From Macrostomum hystrix (Eukaryota > Animalia > Platyhelminthes), in the NCBI GenBank assembly GCA_950097015.1, contig CATNEN010000001.1, positions 10,788,001 to 10,852,000 on the forward strand: a DNA stretch of 64,000 nt. Reading direction: 5' to 3'. How positions within the stretch are numbered: the first letter of the stretch is position 1; every line of letters begins with the position of its first letter. Below, one piece after another: positions 24,701-35,396 of this stretch. Both the position numbers and the translations under genes were made by a program. The notes under the pieces were generated by a model that saw only the letters and a list, made by a program, of their open reading frames with translations, ran no database searches and was not told where the DNA came from.

Positions 24701-27700
24701 TTCGGAACTTGTCTCTGCGCCGCACCGTACCGTGTACGCGGTGTACTCGTGCAGGTCTGCCAGCTTTTTTATCGTGTGCTCCGGCATGTGCTGATGTTTC
24801 AGCAGTTCCCAAAGAGCCGGCTTGTTTACCCGCGGGTAGGCCTTCTTAAGGTCTAGCAAGACTAGGCTGGTATCCATCGACTCTGCCCATTCTGGGCTCT
24901 CTCTGATCTTCTCGGCGTCCTCGTTCAGTCTGAGTATGATCTGGGTCGCATCCATAGTGGACCGGCCGCTCCGGAAACCGAACTGGTTGTCGTCTAGCAG
25001 ACCCATGTTCTCCGTCCATGAGCTCAGCCTCGTCGCCAGTATCCGAGCGAGTATCCTGCTTGCGACTGGTAGGAGGCAGATCCCTCTGAAATTATTGAGG
25101 TTCGCCCGATCGCCTTTCTTGTGGAGTGGTATGATTACACCTACTTTCTGGTCCTCCTCCCAGGTGTCCGCTGGGTTGTTCCAGATGTAGTGCACTGCTT
25201 TCCGGACCTCCGCTTGGGCCATTGCGCACGCGCTGGTGATGTAGCGCATTCGGATGCCGTCTAAGCCCGGGGCCCCGTCTTTGATCTTTTTGATTTCGTC
25301 GTCGATCTCTTTGTTTGTTAGTGGTCTGGACAGCCGGTCATTGGCTTCCTCTATCGTAGCCTTGTCTACGCTTGGCTTTGGGGCTGACCTAATTAGATTG
25401 AGCATTTCCTCCTGGTCGTTCTCGAACCGTTGCTCCTGGATCTTTGACAGGTGTTCCTTGAAGTCTTCCGCCGTGAACAGTGGTACTGTTCTGCTGTTGT
25501 TCTCATTTTGCTTTGTGTTCCTGCCCATCTTCCGCAAACAGTCGTACATCCCAGCCACGTTTCCCGTGTCGCAGTTCCGCTTGCACTCTTCGGCAATCTC
25601 CATCCACCACTGTTCCATCCACTCTTGGAGTTTCTTCTTCTGCTTTCCCCGCTTCTCTTTCAGCCCTTGTGTGGCTCGGGTCAAGGCCACCGTCCGCTCT
25701 TCTACTGTTAGGGTCCCTTCGGGTGACTTCTTAACTCGGTTGCGGGCGCTCAGGGCGTGCTCCACTTCTTTGTTAAGTTCTGCCAGCTCTTCTTCGTGCC
25801 CTACCATCCACGGGTTCGTCTGTCTCGTCTTTGGGCCGCAGATTTCTCTCGCGGCTTCAAGCATCGTTTGTTTCGTCGTTTCCCAGTCGGTCTCGCCCTT
25901 TCCAGCTAGCACTTCCTCCGTCTTATTTCTGTATAGTTCGCGTACGCCGACATCGCGGAGCCGGTCCCAGGCGATTTCGTTTTTTTGGTTTTTTGGATAC
26001 TTCCTGGTTGGTTCCGCGCATCTCTCCGCGAATCTTCTCTTCAGGGTGATGACCTTCGGTAGGTGGTCGGACCTCGTATGGTGATTCGGATCGTGGTCGG
26101 TCCTGATGTTCCCGATGATCCGGTGTCTCTGCTCTTTCTTGGTGATGAAGCCGTCAATCTCGTACCATTGGTGTGACCTCGGGTTCCGCCAGGTGCCTTG
26201 CTTCTTCTGCCTGTAGAAGGTGCTCGCCCATGCCAGGCCTAGGCTTTCTAGCCAAAGAAGTAGGTCTTCACCCTGTTGGTTCGTTGGTCCGATTCCATAA
26301 CGGCCTGTGCTCGAGAGACGGTGCACTCCGCTCCCAACGCTGGCGTTGAAATCTCCACCGATGATTAGTACAGCCTTCTTTGCAAAGGTGTTCAGCATCC
26401 TTTCGATTTCTTCTCGGATCTCATCCACTTCTTCCTCGTACTCTTTACCCTTCTTGACCGGTTGGTATACGGCTACCAGGATCACTCCGCCTATTTCCAG
26501 CGCAAGTGTTCGTTTCATCGGGTGCATCTTCCTCCCAGTTTCGTTCCACATTGTCCAGGCTGTTTCTCCCAGAAGCATTCCCACCTTCTGGGAGTGGACT
26601 AGGTGCATCTCTGCTTCTCTGTGATGGTAGCTTCTGATGCCAACGCCAGGTGTGTCAAGTTCGGATAGGAGGGTGACGTCCCATCCCTTTCCTATCGCGT
26701 ACTTAACGACCTCGCCGAACCTTCCGCTTCCTACGTTCGCTCTGCGCATATTCCACGTCGCTAGCTTTATGTCGTTATTGTGCCACCTCTCATTTGCCCT
26801 CCTGGCCTTCTCCCTAGCTTTACTATCTCGTACCTTTTTTCGTCGTGTGGTTCGTCTGAGCTTCCGTGCCGTCTTTTGTGCTGGACGCCTCGGTCCTGGG
26901 TTCTTTTCGATGGTCTCGAGCGCTCTGCTGATTTCAGCCCTTCGCCTTTCCTTGCTTTCTGGGTACGTGCAATTACTCTCTTCGCTTCATGCTCCTTCTT
27001 TTTTTTTGTTTTTTTTTGATATTTTCCGCAGCAGTTCCTCACTCTCTCTCTCACTTTCGGCAAAGCTTTCAACCTTACTGTTGTTTCGAGAGGTGCCTGG
27101 GTCGGTTAGGTCCAAGCCACTCTGTTGCGAGGAGGTTTGCCCATAGACCGCGGCTGTTACGCCGAGGCTACGGGCCTCTCTCCCCCCCCCCCGATTCTGC
27201 TTTGCCAACCGGGTTGCTCCGGTTGCCCGCTTGGCACCGCGTGTTGACGGTACGCTTCGTGGAGGTGCAGAATCTTGCCAAGCAATGCCGCGAGCTCTGA
27301 GGCACCTGCTGGCTGTCGTCCTCATCTGGGGCGAGCCAGACGACGGCGCTGATCTGTGGAGCAGCTTTGCAGAGGATCTCTGCGAAGACCTGCGCTTCCA
27401 CCACCCGGACCTGAGCGCCGAGGAAGTCAGTGACCTGGCTCTGCGGGAGCTGCAGAGCATGCTGACGTCAATGGGCGGCCGCAGTCTGCAAGAGTACGGA
27501 CTGCCTGCTGCCTCTGCAATGCCGCAAGTCGGGCCGCTGCAGTTTGACACGGTCGAACAGGCGGAGATCACCGAGATGCGGCTGCCAATGCTCACGGCCG
27601 AGCAGATGGCCACCTACGAGGCTGTGACTGCGGATCTTGTCGCTGGCTCGGGCGGCCTGCATTTCCTTGATGCTCCTGCAGGCACTGGCAAGACCTTCCT

Positions 27701-29132
27701 GCTGGAGGTTTTGCTGGCGTTTGTGCGGAGTCGAGGGGAAGTCGCCCTGGCTGTTGCGTCGTCTGGAATCGCAGCCACCCTGCTGCCGGGTGGACAGACG
27801 GCACATTCAACGTGAGTTTTCTGGTGGAACTCGAATGCCTTTTTCGTGTTCTACCCAGACCATTCAGTCCCCATCAATATTTTTGTTAGGTTCAAGATCC
27901 CAGTGCGGCTGGTTCGCTCTGACAAGGACGTGTGTTCTATCCGAGCGCAGTCTAAACAGGCCGCAGTCTTTCGCACTGTGCGGCTGATCGTATGGGACGA
28001 GATCTCCATGACAAACCGCAAGGACCTGGAGGCTGTCGACCGCAGTCTGCGAGACCTGCGGAAGCAGGACTGCCCATTCGGCGGAATCGTCGTGGTGTGC
28101 TCTGGAGACTTTCGCCAGCTGCTGCCGGTGGTGAAAAATGGCACGCGCGCTAACAACATCCTGGCGTGTGTTAGCAAGTCCCCGCTGTGGTCTTTGTTCC
28201 AGAGGCACCGCCTGTCCAAGAACATCCGGCTGCAGAGTTGTGCTGATGCTGAGCTGTACCATCGCTATATGCAGCTGCTAATGCAGGTAAGTTTTGCTAT
28301 TGCTGCTTGTAGGAGTAGATCACCTGTGTAGCCTACGATTCTCTTGCATTTTCCTGCCCATTCCACACAGATCGGCTCTGGGTTGGCTGATCAGTCGGAC
28401 GACACCGTCCGCCTTCCTGCCGAGATTGTCATTTCGGCGGAGGCGCCGCTTTCCGAGCTGATCCAGTTCGTGTACCCTTCGTTCGAGGCGTCAGAGGAGC
28501 GCGATAGGTACTTTGCCAGCCGAGCCATCCTGGCGCCCTACAACGATGCGGTTGACGCGATCAACAACGAGTGCCTGGCCATAATCCCAGGCCAACTGCG
28601 CGAGTATCGCTCAGTGGACAGCGTGGCTGACGAGGATGCGGCCACGCACTTTCCTCCGGAGCTGCTGAATCAGCTGGATGCACCGAATTTCCCTGCCCAC
28701 TTTCTGAAGCTCAAGGTGGGCATGCCGCTGGTTCTGCTGCGGAATCTGAATCCGCCACGGCTGTGCAACGGCACCCGGCTGATCATCCTGGAGCTGGGCG
28801 AGAATGTGCTGCGCTGCAAAGTCGCTGCCGGCCAGTTCACTGGAGATAAAATCCTGCTGCCGCGGATTCCTCTACAGCCCAACAATGCTGACCTGCCAGT
28901 CTGCTTCAGGCGGCTGCAGTTCCCGGTGAAGCCCAGCTTTTGCCTGACGATTCACAAGTGTCAGGGGCAGAGCCTGGAGACAGTCGGCATCGACCTGGCG
29001 GTTGGATGCTTTGCGCACGGCCAGTTATATACTGCGCTGTCTCGAGCGAAAAATGTAGCAAACGTCCGGGTCCGGTTGTCTGGAACCACGACCAGGAACG
29101 TTGTCTACCCAGAGGTGCTCACAGGAGAATAA
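12796..29132 (+). CDS. Helitron RepHel (STPR repeats, OTU protease, Zn finger, HUH Rep, PIF1 helicase), disrupted by two insertions. Exons: 12796-13136, 13309-14466, 14574-15343, 15422-15764, 15834-16113, 16209-[16536/22927-23105/27297]-27811, 27890-28286, 28371-29132. Reconstructs to 1690 aa.
   Basis: 23-aa [10 protein letters not shown] repeats; GDGNCFF...HYESL; CNDCGA...CCAKGKV; HIRRYNLP; [10 protein letters not shown]; EYQKRGLPHVH; [10 protein letters not shown]; KYVIKY; APAGTGKT; WDEISM; GDFRQLLPV; TIHKCQGQS; [10 protein letters not shown]. Exon lengths sum to 5073 nt, in frame. Confidence 0.93.
16629..20333 (-). CDS. ORF2: AP endonuclease + reverse transcriptase + RNase H + CCHC finger (no AUG at the start; GTG)
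   Basis: LQLNLHH, LLQEPW, GDINAHH, SDHRFI; [15 protein letters not shown]; [26 protein letters not shown]; CPFC...EHFICDC. Confidence 0.95.
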   Translation of the reverse strand: MSFLQLNLHHCIAASTNLARVVDFEKPGIILLQEPWTKKGKIPNIPAGFDCFFMPQNPRAAVFATTDLKAWYRPDLSDKDLCVIQTNHILPNRTVIIASIYIPGDGPAVPPSLTSLVDYCSDRDFELLVAGDINAHHTHWGSVTSNCRGEDLLAYICTTNIEFCNSGGTPTFDNGRWTEVLDATLACQGLIPLIRNWQVWDEEKSLSDHRFIRFRLLSSYSKPGILWRRNARNTDWTAFAESVKRQTNQLESVVPATCQEVDDLADLLSMTILTAHETSCPLKAYKGKKSAPWWNPALGTLRRKAKSLQRIARKSKDPADLTAYQNAIRDFKRDTRKAKSEKWRQYCSELEGARPTSRVVKALTLDKMSKLSVIKRPDGRLAENPGESLDIMLASAFPQTAPLQDPPDHTPGGHILATTIITRERTARAANSFSPFKSPGPDNIYPAFLHEAVKNDRFLGLLCNLFKACITLGYVPRSWQEATIVFIPKPGKGDYHSAKAFRPISLTSFFLKLLERLVLWRLLHVELRNSPLSANQHAFRSGRSIESALHAIVDKLERAVLGTGFALSLFLDIDGAFDNVLFGAFRRALERRATHEHLTRWIMYMISHRTATSHLLGHSRSVNVQKGGPQGGVLSPILWNLVMDELLCSPDPDPVQKIGYADDVTATVAGPSPPVLRDLLQAFIHRAERWANGCGLKLSESKTVAIMFTSKRNWRIEPLLLYNKPIAMEKQTRCLGVILDHRLSWTPHVKFKTRKALATLAQIRRAFGATWGLTPRRLWWIYTTIVRPAISFAGFIWNSALETKGVLEALNKVQGRACRAIMSAAPSTPFAGMNAFLDLPPLDLFIKGEAMKTARRLLDAGISIRKQLAFSKRNLQPHGDLSLRDLDAAGGLKILSDGIPSTLCPPQKFKTSIPPRQEVRDHGQPREIHCFTDGSQINSVSGFGYCIMSGGKTVATFSQHTGINSTVFQNEVLAISSCALELIYQNVHGAEIFLHSDSQAAIHALGRTHTCSRTVLDCVAQLNRLGTHNKVSLRWIPGHSGHPGNELADSLAKAGSTGSLFGPVPAVSTPTAVVNTRINQWVTSKHKDRWINTADCRQSRAAVPCPSTALRKALLGLNRKDIRAVTMALSGHGCFARHRFLQGKIRSEECPFCLSYVEDAEHFICDCPAFTQDRLTYLGPNPDLPDVFRPENICQLVRYLRATGRATLHLLDTPEEDRAADAGTTGSPCATPQL
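20369..21856 (-). CDS. ORF1 (495 aa) of the LOA-like element
   Basis: Long ORF directly upstream of ORF2. Its core ([14 protein letters not shown]...GFTAILGLS) is homologous to 43320-43860. Confidence 0.85.
   Translation of the reverse strand: MESHYSSSTSQDPAETPTPAGDADPQDQRQGDTGSTGAQNSSCSSATQENTRAAGSKSKRSPSTQARSLARLQEFRRRKQEVRLAAKSAPTTAPEEGAGNSANIAEEPAPNKEADSSRRPGNPEARKSAAQASGASGSSRGGTSHSHPETPTTAGGPVAGGAGQTTRPKRTYAAMAKRQPALVIRGQETPLTTAQLDQIWRRLDSHLVKLALSGTVLHVLKTDIQDQALIVQPADNQSGQQLLEMLKSFDWGTEMGNLFIYREDERPQTHRHRVWIPARSAITNAGELRRLLLAIHPDLPANGVVVHETITRPGGDGFTAILGLSDSWMLRCPDMSYISAGLTRMQIFSFESDATRPPPPEKRKRTNQSSAGPLRPGTQTPDRHDHSEDADPIRGKAARAATTGGRGKGRKPARNTIRAGLTQRARQLSDPNSGRHRSTTRPNVSSEPPAENRVEDTDAAVAAAPASTLDPIQEEPMELGQNTGEDEESLLNNSP
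21985..22625 (-). repeat. About 6.5 tandem 97-98-bp repeats in the LOA-like 5' UTR
   Basis: CTGCGGACT anchors at 22086, 22184, 22281, 22379, 22477 and 22574. Confidence 0.93.
22688..22913 (-). ncRNA. HDV-like self-cleaving ribozyme with a long J1/2
   Basis: P1 GCUCGC/GCGAGU (G1.U wobble); P2 CCCAU/AUGGG; P3 GGG/CCC; L3 UACACGU; P1.1 AC/GU; P4 GGCUG..CAGCC; J4/2 CAGA (catalytic C at 22696). G1 is the first base inside the TSD. Confidence 0.8.
23165..26986 (-). CDS. APE + RT polyprotein with four C-terminal C2H2/C2HC zinc fingers; frame open from 26986, first AUG at 26749
   Basis: KLATWN, LLSE, GGDFNA, SDHLP; [20 protein letters not shown]; CNYENC..HQRRIH, CLKC..HQKRC, CGEC..HRKRC, CPDC..HRKTC. 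Confidence 0.92.
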   Translation of the reverse strand, partial: SEESNCTYPESKERRRAEISRALETIEKNPGPRRPAQKTARKLRRTTRRKKVRDSKAREKARRANERWHNNDIKLATWNMRRANVGSGRFGEVVKYAIGKGWDVTLLSELDTPGVGIRSYHHREAEMHLVHSQKVGMLLGETAWTMWNETGRKMHPMKRTLALEIGGVILVAVYQPVKKGKEYEEEVDEIREEIERMLNTFAKKAVLIIGGDFNASVGSGVHRLSSTGRYGIGPTNQQGEDLLLWLESLGLAWASTFYRQKKQGTWRNPRSHQWYEIDGFITKKEQRHRIIGNIRTDHDPNHHTRSDHLPKVITLKRRFAERCAEPTRKYPKNQKNEIAWDRLRDVGVRELYRNKTEEVLAGKGETDWETTKQTMLEAAREICGPKTRQTNPWMVGHEEELAELNKEVEHALSARNRVKKSPEGTLTVEERTVALTRATQGLKEKRGKQKKKLQEWMEQWWMEIAEECKRNCDTGNVAGMYDCLRKMGRNTKQNENNSRTVPLFTAEDFKEHLSKIQEQRFENDQEEMLNLIRSAPKPSVDKATIEEANDRLSRPLTNKEIDDEIKKIKDGAPGLDGIRMRYITSACAMAQAEVRKAVHYIWNNPADTWEEDQKVGVIIPLHKKGDRANLNNFRGICLLPVASRILARILATRLSSWTENMGLLDDNQFGFRSGRSTMDATQIILRLNEDAEKIRESPEWAESMDTSLVLLDLKKAYPRVNKPALWELLKHQHMPEHTIKKLADLHEYTAYTVRCGAETSSEFYPQRGLREGCATSPILFNIYHQTAIRIAKERRMEKAKNTGAECGIKWVCRPGKCLPPKKMGGYNEEAAEITITEVLFADDTTIVGGSEEIEQGTRTVIETIGILEERTNDEKEERAKLGTPESQNIRILGTWIGRKQDTAQRLQRAAKAWAGVKCMLRKTRLSKRTQARIIETCVESTMLFNAGARPFHKSEIKRMQQAMDRRYRYVWSSKTEPPLKEMERKKVNMWDVRNELRVRSIGAKVESAHWRRLGHVLRLPDTSTVKRCVLGWSKKLTTIKKARKRRQTIISVWRKLLRTAEIDELEVERLVTDREAWRKKLRIRERALEESERKKGKKAETTEEETAQEREAGEVESELTGYRCNYENCGKVCASRAGLAVHQRRIHHQFTKTPLPCLKCNATFFTEATRKNHQKRCGGEERSAKEVHCGECNKWISKSNHARHRKRCKENGRKPEAGATPDERAEEAAVPTGRGQQTTGITARIYKSARAPCPDCGRMLARTNMARHRKTCQ
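27193..27283 (-). ncRNA. HDV-like ribozyme (91 nt) with an enlarged L3
   Basis: P1 GCUUGGC/GCCAAGC; P2 GAUUCUGC/GCAGAAUC; P3 ACC/GGU; L3 begins UCCACG; P1.1 CC/GG; G.G pair then P4 CAACCGG/CCGGUUG; J4/2 CAAA (C at 27204). G1 is the element 5' end. Confidence 0.88.
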
Positions 29133-30974
29133 ATTCGGTTTGAATCTTAATGACAATTTTATTGTACAAAGGACCGAAAAGAACTTTTTGAATGCACCTC
29201 GTTTTATTAAAGTCACATTGAGTCTCAGTGAAGTATTTTTGCCCGGATGATTCACTGAGTAAATCCTACTATTTAAGGGTAGGTCGCTGCAAATCAGATT
29301 ATGGGCTGACAGAGAGTCTGTGAACTGTACATATCAGCTGCTTTATGTACTGCTGGAGATTCCAAACTCTGATAAATGGGATTTGCAGCTGGCGAGCTCT
29401 GAAGCAGCTATTATGCAGAGCTGGTGAAAGTGACTTTGTGTGTAATGGTGTCTGCATGAATGTCCCATTGCATATACCCAATGCATGCAACTATCGCAGT
29501 GAAGCGAGTCAGGCAGTAGTCAGAATGACTTGAGTTATCAGTGCCTCTGTTGCACCAGTCTCTGGCTACTGCTTGATGGTTTTACCTGCTTAATCGACAG
29601 TTCCTACTGCCCCATAACTGCTTTTTAAGTGCAATTATTACATGTTATTTTTTAAATAAAAAATATAATTGATTATAGTGCAAGGTGGCCATAATAACAT
29701 TTTGTAGTCCCTCTTGCAGCAAGGGCAGATGGTTGCATTATTTTAATTATTTTAAATATTCCTGTTTTCCTAACTTTTTGGTGCATTGAAATAAATAAAA
29801 GTGTATAAAATTAATTCCGGGTTCAGTTTGAAACTTATTGCATGCTATTTATATAAATTAAATCAATGTTCATAATTAGAAAAATAAAATCTTAGACTAG
29901 CAAACAGTATGTAAAAAAACTAAAAAAGCACTGTCAGTGCATTACATATCGTCGGGTATACATTGCATTGTAGGCCAGATTGAAGGCTACTTTGTTTGCC
30001 AATTGACACCAACAATTGTCAAGCACTTTGCATATGGAAGAGGAATAAAATGGTTCTATTCAGTAAAAGTGATTACTTACTTGCAGAACATTACATGTTT
30101 TATATAAAATGGGATTTGATTCAAAATAATTTTTGACAATGTGAATGAGGCATTTAAGAAAAGAGAAGTCTGCTGAGGAGTGTGACTAGAAAAAAGAATT
30201 TAGTATGATAAATATATGTCATATATCTTAGCTATATAAAGCCAGTGTTAGCTTTATTAAAAGCGTCAAAGGTCGAAGGATGTAGCTCCAGTTGCTTTTG
30301 CAAAGTCCATTCACAATAAGATAGCTGCATTGAACTGACTATTTAAGTCATTTATTATAATAATAGCGGCCTCATTCAAGGGCAATAGTTGCAATGCTGA
30401 GCTACTTATTGTTTGGAACATTGCAGTCGCAGTTAGTACGATGAGCAGGGCTTAGAAATTCACTTACAAATGAAGAAAGTCAAAAATTTGACTGGATGTG
30501 TATAAAACTGTAGTACACATGAGCAATACAAGCAACAAGAAAATCGGAATAAAGCAAGTCATTTCTCGGAAAGTCGCAATTTCGTGGAATAAAATTTTAT
30601 TTTATTTTCAGTTACAACTAAAAAAGTGCTCTCAACAGTTTTATGAATTAAATAAATAAGATAATTTTTATCAAACACGTTGACATATACAGGGCTCCAA
30701 ACTAAAAAACTGTAAAAAGTTGATAGTTTTGTTTTACCTAAAATGCGTTATTAACGATCTCCAAAAATTCCTATTTTAAGCTTAAGCTTAAGAAAGACAC
30801 TTAAAGTACTCCTGCTAAAAGGTATATATTAGACGAATATTAATTATTTCTGCTCCCCGAAGGGGGGCATAACTTGCTAGTACGCTACTAAAAGGAAGGT
30901 GTTAAATAGCCGCATGAGAACTCCGCCATAAGTCAAACCGGAACTTTTTTTCAATAAACGGAATACGGTTTATC

Positions 30975-31671
30975 ATGGCCTTGTCAAAAGAGACAGGAAT
31001 TGCAACGATTGCCGAACTGGCGGTCTCACTGTCATCTAAAGAAAGGTCGGCAATGGGAAACAGACTGAGCAGCTGGAAAGAAGAAGAATTTGTAAGGTTT
31101 CAGGCGAGCTTGGAAAAGCTTGAAGGTGTTCCAGTTAAGAAGAGGGCGCTTCCCAATAAAAAAGGAAGAGAGCGAGCGAGAGAGAGTTATTGCAAGGATA
31201 TATGCGAAGCTGGAAGAGAATGAGAGTCGCGGTGTAAAGTTGTCTCTGGGTGCAATTTCCGATGGTCTCGACTTGGTCGCCACGAATTTGAATGGAACGA
31301 CAAAGGAAGACTTGGAAGCGAGGTTTAAGAAGCTGACCTATTCTATCGAGAACCTGTCAACTGCTAAGGCCATGATGCAGTTTGAACAGGGGCGCTTAAT
31401 TCAAGTTTTGGTCTACAAGCACAAAATGAATTTGGAAGAGCTCGCCACTACTTTCAACATCAGCAAGCGAACAGTGGGAGACTACGACAAATTTTACTCT
31501 CTCTGTATCACGTACCCAGGTCTAATATTTTCAAGCTACACAATGGGAACCTTGCTTCGCTATAAATCAGTGATTGAAGAGAAGGCAAAAATCGATGAAC
31601 GCTTTGCTGACATATTGAAGATGCAAATCGAGGGTATTTCCCTGGACGATCAATATCAAGTTTGGTTATGA
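30975..31671 (+). pseudogene. Uncharacterised helix-turn-helix protein, split by a frameshift near 31160
   Basis: Two overlapping ORFs joined at an A6 run; MNLEELATTFNISKRTVGDY is an HTH-like pattern. Confidence 0.5.
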
Positions 31672-32079
31672 AGAAAGTAAGTACATAACTTTTTTGTTGC
31701 AAATTCTGAAAGAAAATTTGTATAAAACAAACAAAACAAGTCGAACAAACAAAAAAAATTTAGGCATAGAAGAAGAAGACGAAGCGGCCACAATGGAGGT
31801 CTTGAACTGATCAAGACGAAGTACTGACTTTTGAATGACTATTATCTATGTTAAATAGTGTTGGCTTTTTTCTCATTATTCAGCGTATTCAGTGTGTTAA
31901 AAACTCTTGATATACTCTTATTTGTACTGGCATTTTTTCGCCTTCAGTAGTCCTTTAAGCTGTATCTATTGGTGGAATCATATATATGTTTCAAAGCGCA
32001 CGAAAGCAGCTCTCATTGGTTGCATTAATTTGACGAACGTTCGTAAAAATCATGCGCAGCATAAAGAGCAAAGGCAGCA

Positions 32080-32460
32080 TCAGCCAGTATTGGTCACTGC
32101 TCAACGTTCTAAGCAGCCAGTGTTGGTCACTGCTCAACGTTCTAATCAGCCAGTGTTGGTCACTGCTCAACGTTCTAATCAGCCAGTGTTGGTCACTGCT
32201 CAACGTTCTAATCAGCCAGTGTTGGTCACTGCTCAACGTTCTAAGCAGCCAGTGTTGGTCACTGCTCAACGTTCTAATCAGCCAGTGTTGGTCACTGCTC
32301 AACGTTCTAATCAGCCAGTGTTTGTCACTGTGTCGATGGCGCCCAGTGTCGACCGCACCCACTGTGTCCATGGCGCCCACTGTGTCGACCGCACCCACTG
32401 TGTCCATGGCGCCCACTGTGTCGATGGCGCCCACTGTGTCGACGGCGCCCACTGTGTCGG
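32080..32460. repeat. 33-bp tandem repeat (32080-32320) followed by an 18-bp tandem repeat (32330-32460)
   Basis: Units CAGCCAGTGTTGGTCACTGCTCAACGTTCTAAT and CCCACTGTGTCGAYGGCG. Confidence 0.92.
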
Positions 32461-33650
32461 AGGTGTCCACGTTGTCAGCGTTGGCTGGAGCAGAAACGCC
32501 GTTGGTGCGGTTACCAACAGAAATAGGACTACCAAATCCTATCGGTACCTACTGCGCATTCAATGCCGCCTGCCAGTGCCTCGTAGCAACACTTAAGAGG
32601 ACCCTAACGTTAATGCCGAATTCACCGCCGATTGTTACGTTTTTAAATTCGATGCTAAACGGCAACTCGCAAGAGACACACCGTCTTCAGAAATCCACAT
32701 TCTTATGGTGCACGAAGAGGATGAAAATGGATCCGCGAGCTCAAAACTGTGTACTGGAATTTCTAACGGGAATTTTAACCGTCCAAGAAATTGAGGAGCA
32801 CTTTAAATGCTACGTAAGTTTCCAGTTAGTGCACGGTAGTTGTCTTGTAGCTGGATTTTTGCAGGCATACTGCTTTCTATATTATATTTCTTTATCTATT
32901 TAGGTTTTACTCTTACGTATGTGCTTGTAGTTAATGTGTAGCGTCTCGATTCTACAGTGTTACAAATGACCATCCAGAAATATTTATTTGCTGTGCTCTG
33001 CTGTCGGTTGCTTTTATAATAAGTCACTAATTTCGGACTTCACAAACGATCCCAGTTCTAAATGTACACATGCATGCGCAACGTTGGCAATCACCCGGCC
33101 GTTTCTATTGGCAACGCACACATGTATGCGTCACGTGACAATGCGTCATGCGTCACGATAGCAGTCACGTGACAACTATTCTGTCCAATAGCGACTTACA
33201 TGTGTGTGTTGCCAATAGAAACGGCCAGGTGATCCAACGTTGCGCCCAAGCATGAATGTACATGTATATTAGGTAGCCTGCAAGTAGCGACTCCTATTAT
33301 AGCAACGGAAAATATGAGCAAAGGAAATTTAAAACATTTTCCAGATGACGACAACTCTCGCATGTTCTTCCTGTCGCATCGTTACTCGGCTAGAGTGCAG
33401 TGATTCAACCACAATCCTCCGAATACCAGTCATTCAAGGAGACCAGCGTGACTTTCCGCATCTCGTTCGTGAATCCATGTATTCCACTTCAGACTGTACC
33501 GACATTATCTGCCCAAGCTGTAAAACTGGCCGGTGCAGCCATCAACAAGCGCTTGCTTCAACGTCGAATTTCGTGTGCATTGGCATTTGCCGAGTCTATA
33601 TCAGTAAGAAAGGAGAGGCACGGAAATTAACTCATCCGATAACTTGTCAA
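32335..33650 (+). pseudogene. USP/peptidase C19-like gene fragment (intron 32814-33344; start uncertain)
   Basis: Cys box GLPNPIGTYCAFNAACQCL; QNCVLEFL; phase-0 GTAAGT..CCAG intron; CSSC...CPSC fingers; FVCIGICR..KLTHPI. No His box found. Confidence 0.6.
33065..33262. mobile_element. Foldback/MITE-like element with ~60-bp inverted arms, inside the intron
   Basis: GGCCGTTTCTATTGGCAAC..ACATGTA versus TACATGT..GTTGCCAATAGAAACGGCC. Confidence 0.6.
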
Positions 33651-34470
33651 TCCTTTTTCTTTTTAATGTTTCTTACATGTATATGCATTTTCTTCACTGC
33701 CCATGGAAAACCATCGGCTCCATTGAGTCACTAATTGTTGTAGACGATTTGTTTGTGAGCTGTTTTGCGCCGAGTTTTTATGCTCGTAGCCATAAGGAGA
33801 ATTTCTATACTCTGAATATGATTATTAGACAGTTATTTGTCTTAGATTGACTGAGAAGTGAGAATGAAATGCCAACAGTTTTTCAAAGAGCAGCTCGCTG
33901 TATGCTTGATTAGCACCTGAGTATTATTTTGTTGGATTAAGTTCGATAGATAAATAAAGTAATGTAACTAGCCTAGAAGTTTTTCTCATTTTTATGCCTA
34001 AAATTTGAAGTTCTGCAGTCAAAAAGTAGTAAGTCTCAAGTCTTCTTTAAGTCTAAAATTTACTGAAAGGTGGATTACTGCAATAGCAAAATGGGCGACG
34101 CTCGCCTAATCGCTGTGTCCGGACCCGCCATACTCAGGACTCAGAAATAATGGCATGGCGCGAAAGCAAATGCGTTATAAATGTAATATATACGTAAGTT
34201 GGGAGGCCTGAAATAGGGGACAATTTTATTTAAAGACCCGAACTCCGAAATCGATCGATCGAAAGATCGAAGCAAACCTCTGAGAAGCTTACTAGCTCGC
34301 AAATAGTACTGCTTGATTTAAAGGCGGGCAACATCCTATATGTATATACTTGAATATCTAAATCGTAAATTTAAATTCAATTGTGAGAATCAAGCGAGCG
34401 GCCAAGGCATCCTGTTCTTGCATAAAAATGCAGTGCAACTACACTTGGCAATGAAACTGCATTAGACGGT

Positions 34471-35350
34471 CTAAAAATGTTTCTTGTTTCTCTGCCGTAA
34501 CTGCCTCTGAACGTCAGGTACTGAAGTGCACTGGCGCTTTCGCGACGCACGTATCTCCAGTCGCCGCCCCGAATGCTGATCGCGACCGCTAGCGCCGGCG
34601 GTCGGACTGCCAGCAGCGGCCGGCATATTAGCAGCAGCGGTCGGCGGACTGCCAGCAGCGGCCGGCATATTAGCAGCAGCGGTCGGCGGACTGCCAGCAG
34701 CGGCCGGCTGCTGATCGTCAGAAGTGGATGACTCCTCCCGATTGCGTGGATCGTCGGGTACCTTCACTCGGCGACTTTTAGCGAAAACCCTGCCTCGTCT
34801 ACGTCTCTGCATGCAACAGAGAGAACTTGCAACGGCAGACAAAGTATTAATGCAGTTTGCATCGCCATGTTGACAGAGATGCTGAAGATTTCTAAGCAGA
34901 CGTCTGCGTTGCAGCCTCTCTTTCGGACTTGCCTTTTGATGGCGTTCAGGTAACTTGCAGTACATTCGGTCTTGTTTCAACCATTCGCTGGCATTTTGAC
35001 TGTGAACACCCTTAACACTGCTACCACGAACATCATGCAGAAACAGAAACTTTCCTGGCTCCGAGATAGATTGGAACACGGCTACTTTTCCTCGACCACA
35101 ACGCCGATAGCCATCCAGTGTGTGAACGCGAATGTCAGAATATTTCAGTCGACGAGTACAATTGCAAAGACGACTGCAGGCATCAAGAAGTGAAACATCA
35201 TGCGATGCCGAAAGAACTAGAGCAATGGACCGATCAGGGCAGCGAGGAAGTTTCCCAGAGGGAGGAAGCGCACCATCCGACTGGGACTGAAGCAACTTGC
35301 CAATGCTAGACTGCAAGAGAACAGAGACAGATGATGTAAACACTAGCACT
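34471..35350 (-). CDS. Possible terminal exon of an unknown protein with 13-aa PAAAGSPPTAAAN repeats
   Basis: About 290 open codons after a CTTCAG acceptor; no recognisable domain. Confidence 0.3.
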
Positions 35351-35396
35351 CTGAAGCCAAAGCACATGCCACAGATGTCAAATAGAATAATGTCAG

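Larger units (their letters stand above)
23106..27283 (-). mobile_element. Full-length RTE-like non-LTR retrotransposon
   Basis: 13-bp TSD AATGCCGCGAGCT (23093-23105 / 27284-27296); (GAA)n tail; single long ORF. Confidence 0.9.
11370..30880 (+). mobile_element. Full-length canonical Helitron, ~9 kb without its two nested retrotransposons
   Basis: 5' TC at 11370, subterminal AACGGCTCAACCGATTTT, internal RepHel gene, 3' hairpin, and CTAG (30877-30880) followed by T. Confidence 0.92.

Noticed and set aside
16574-28885. Numerous overlapping and antisense ORFs
   Set aside because: Shadows of GC-rich retrotransposon and Helitron coding regions.
31150-31170. Programmed -1 frameshift at AAAAAAG
   Set aside because: The second ORF is in the +1 frame and the heptamer is out of phase; an indel or sequencing error is more likely.
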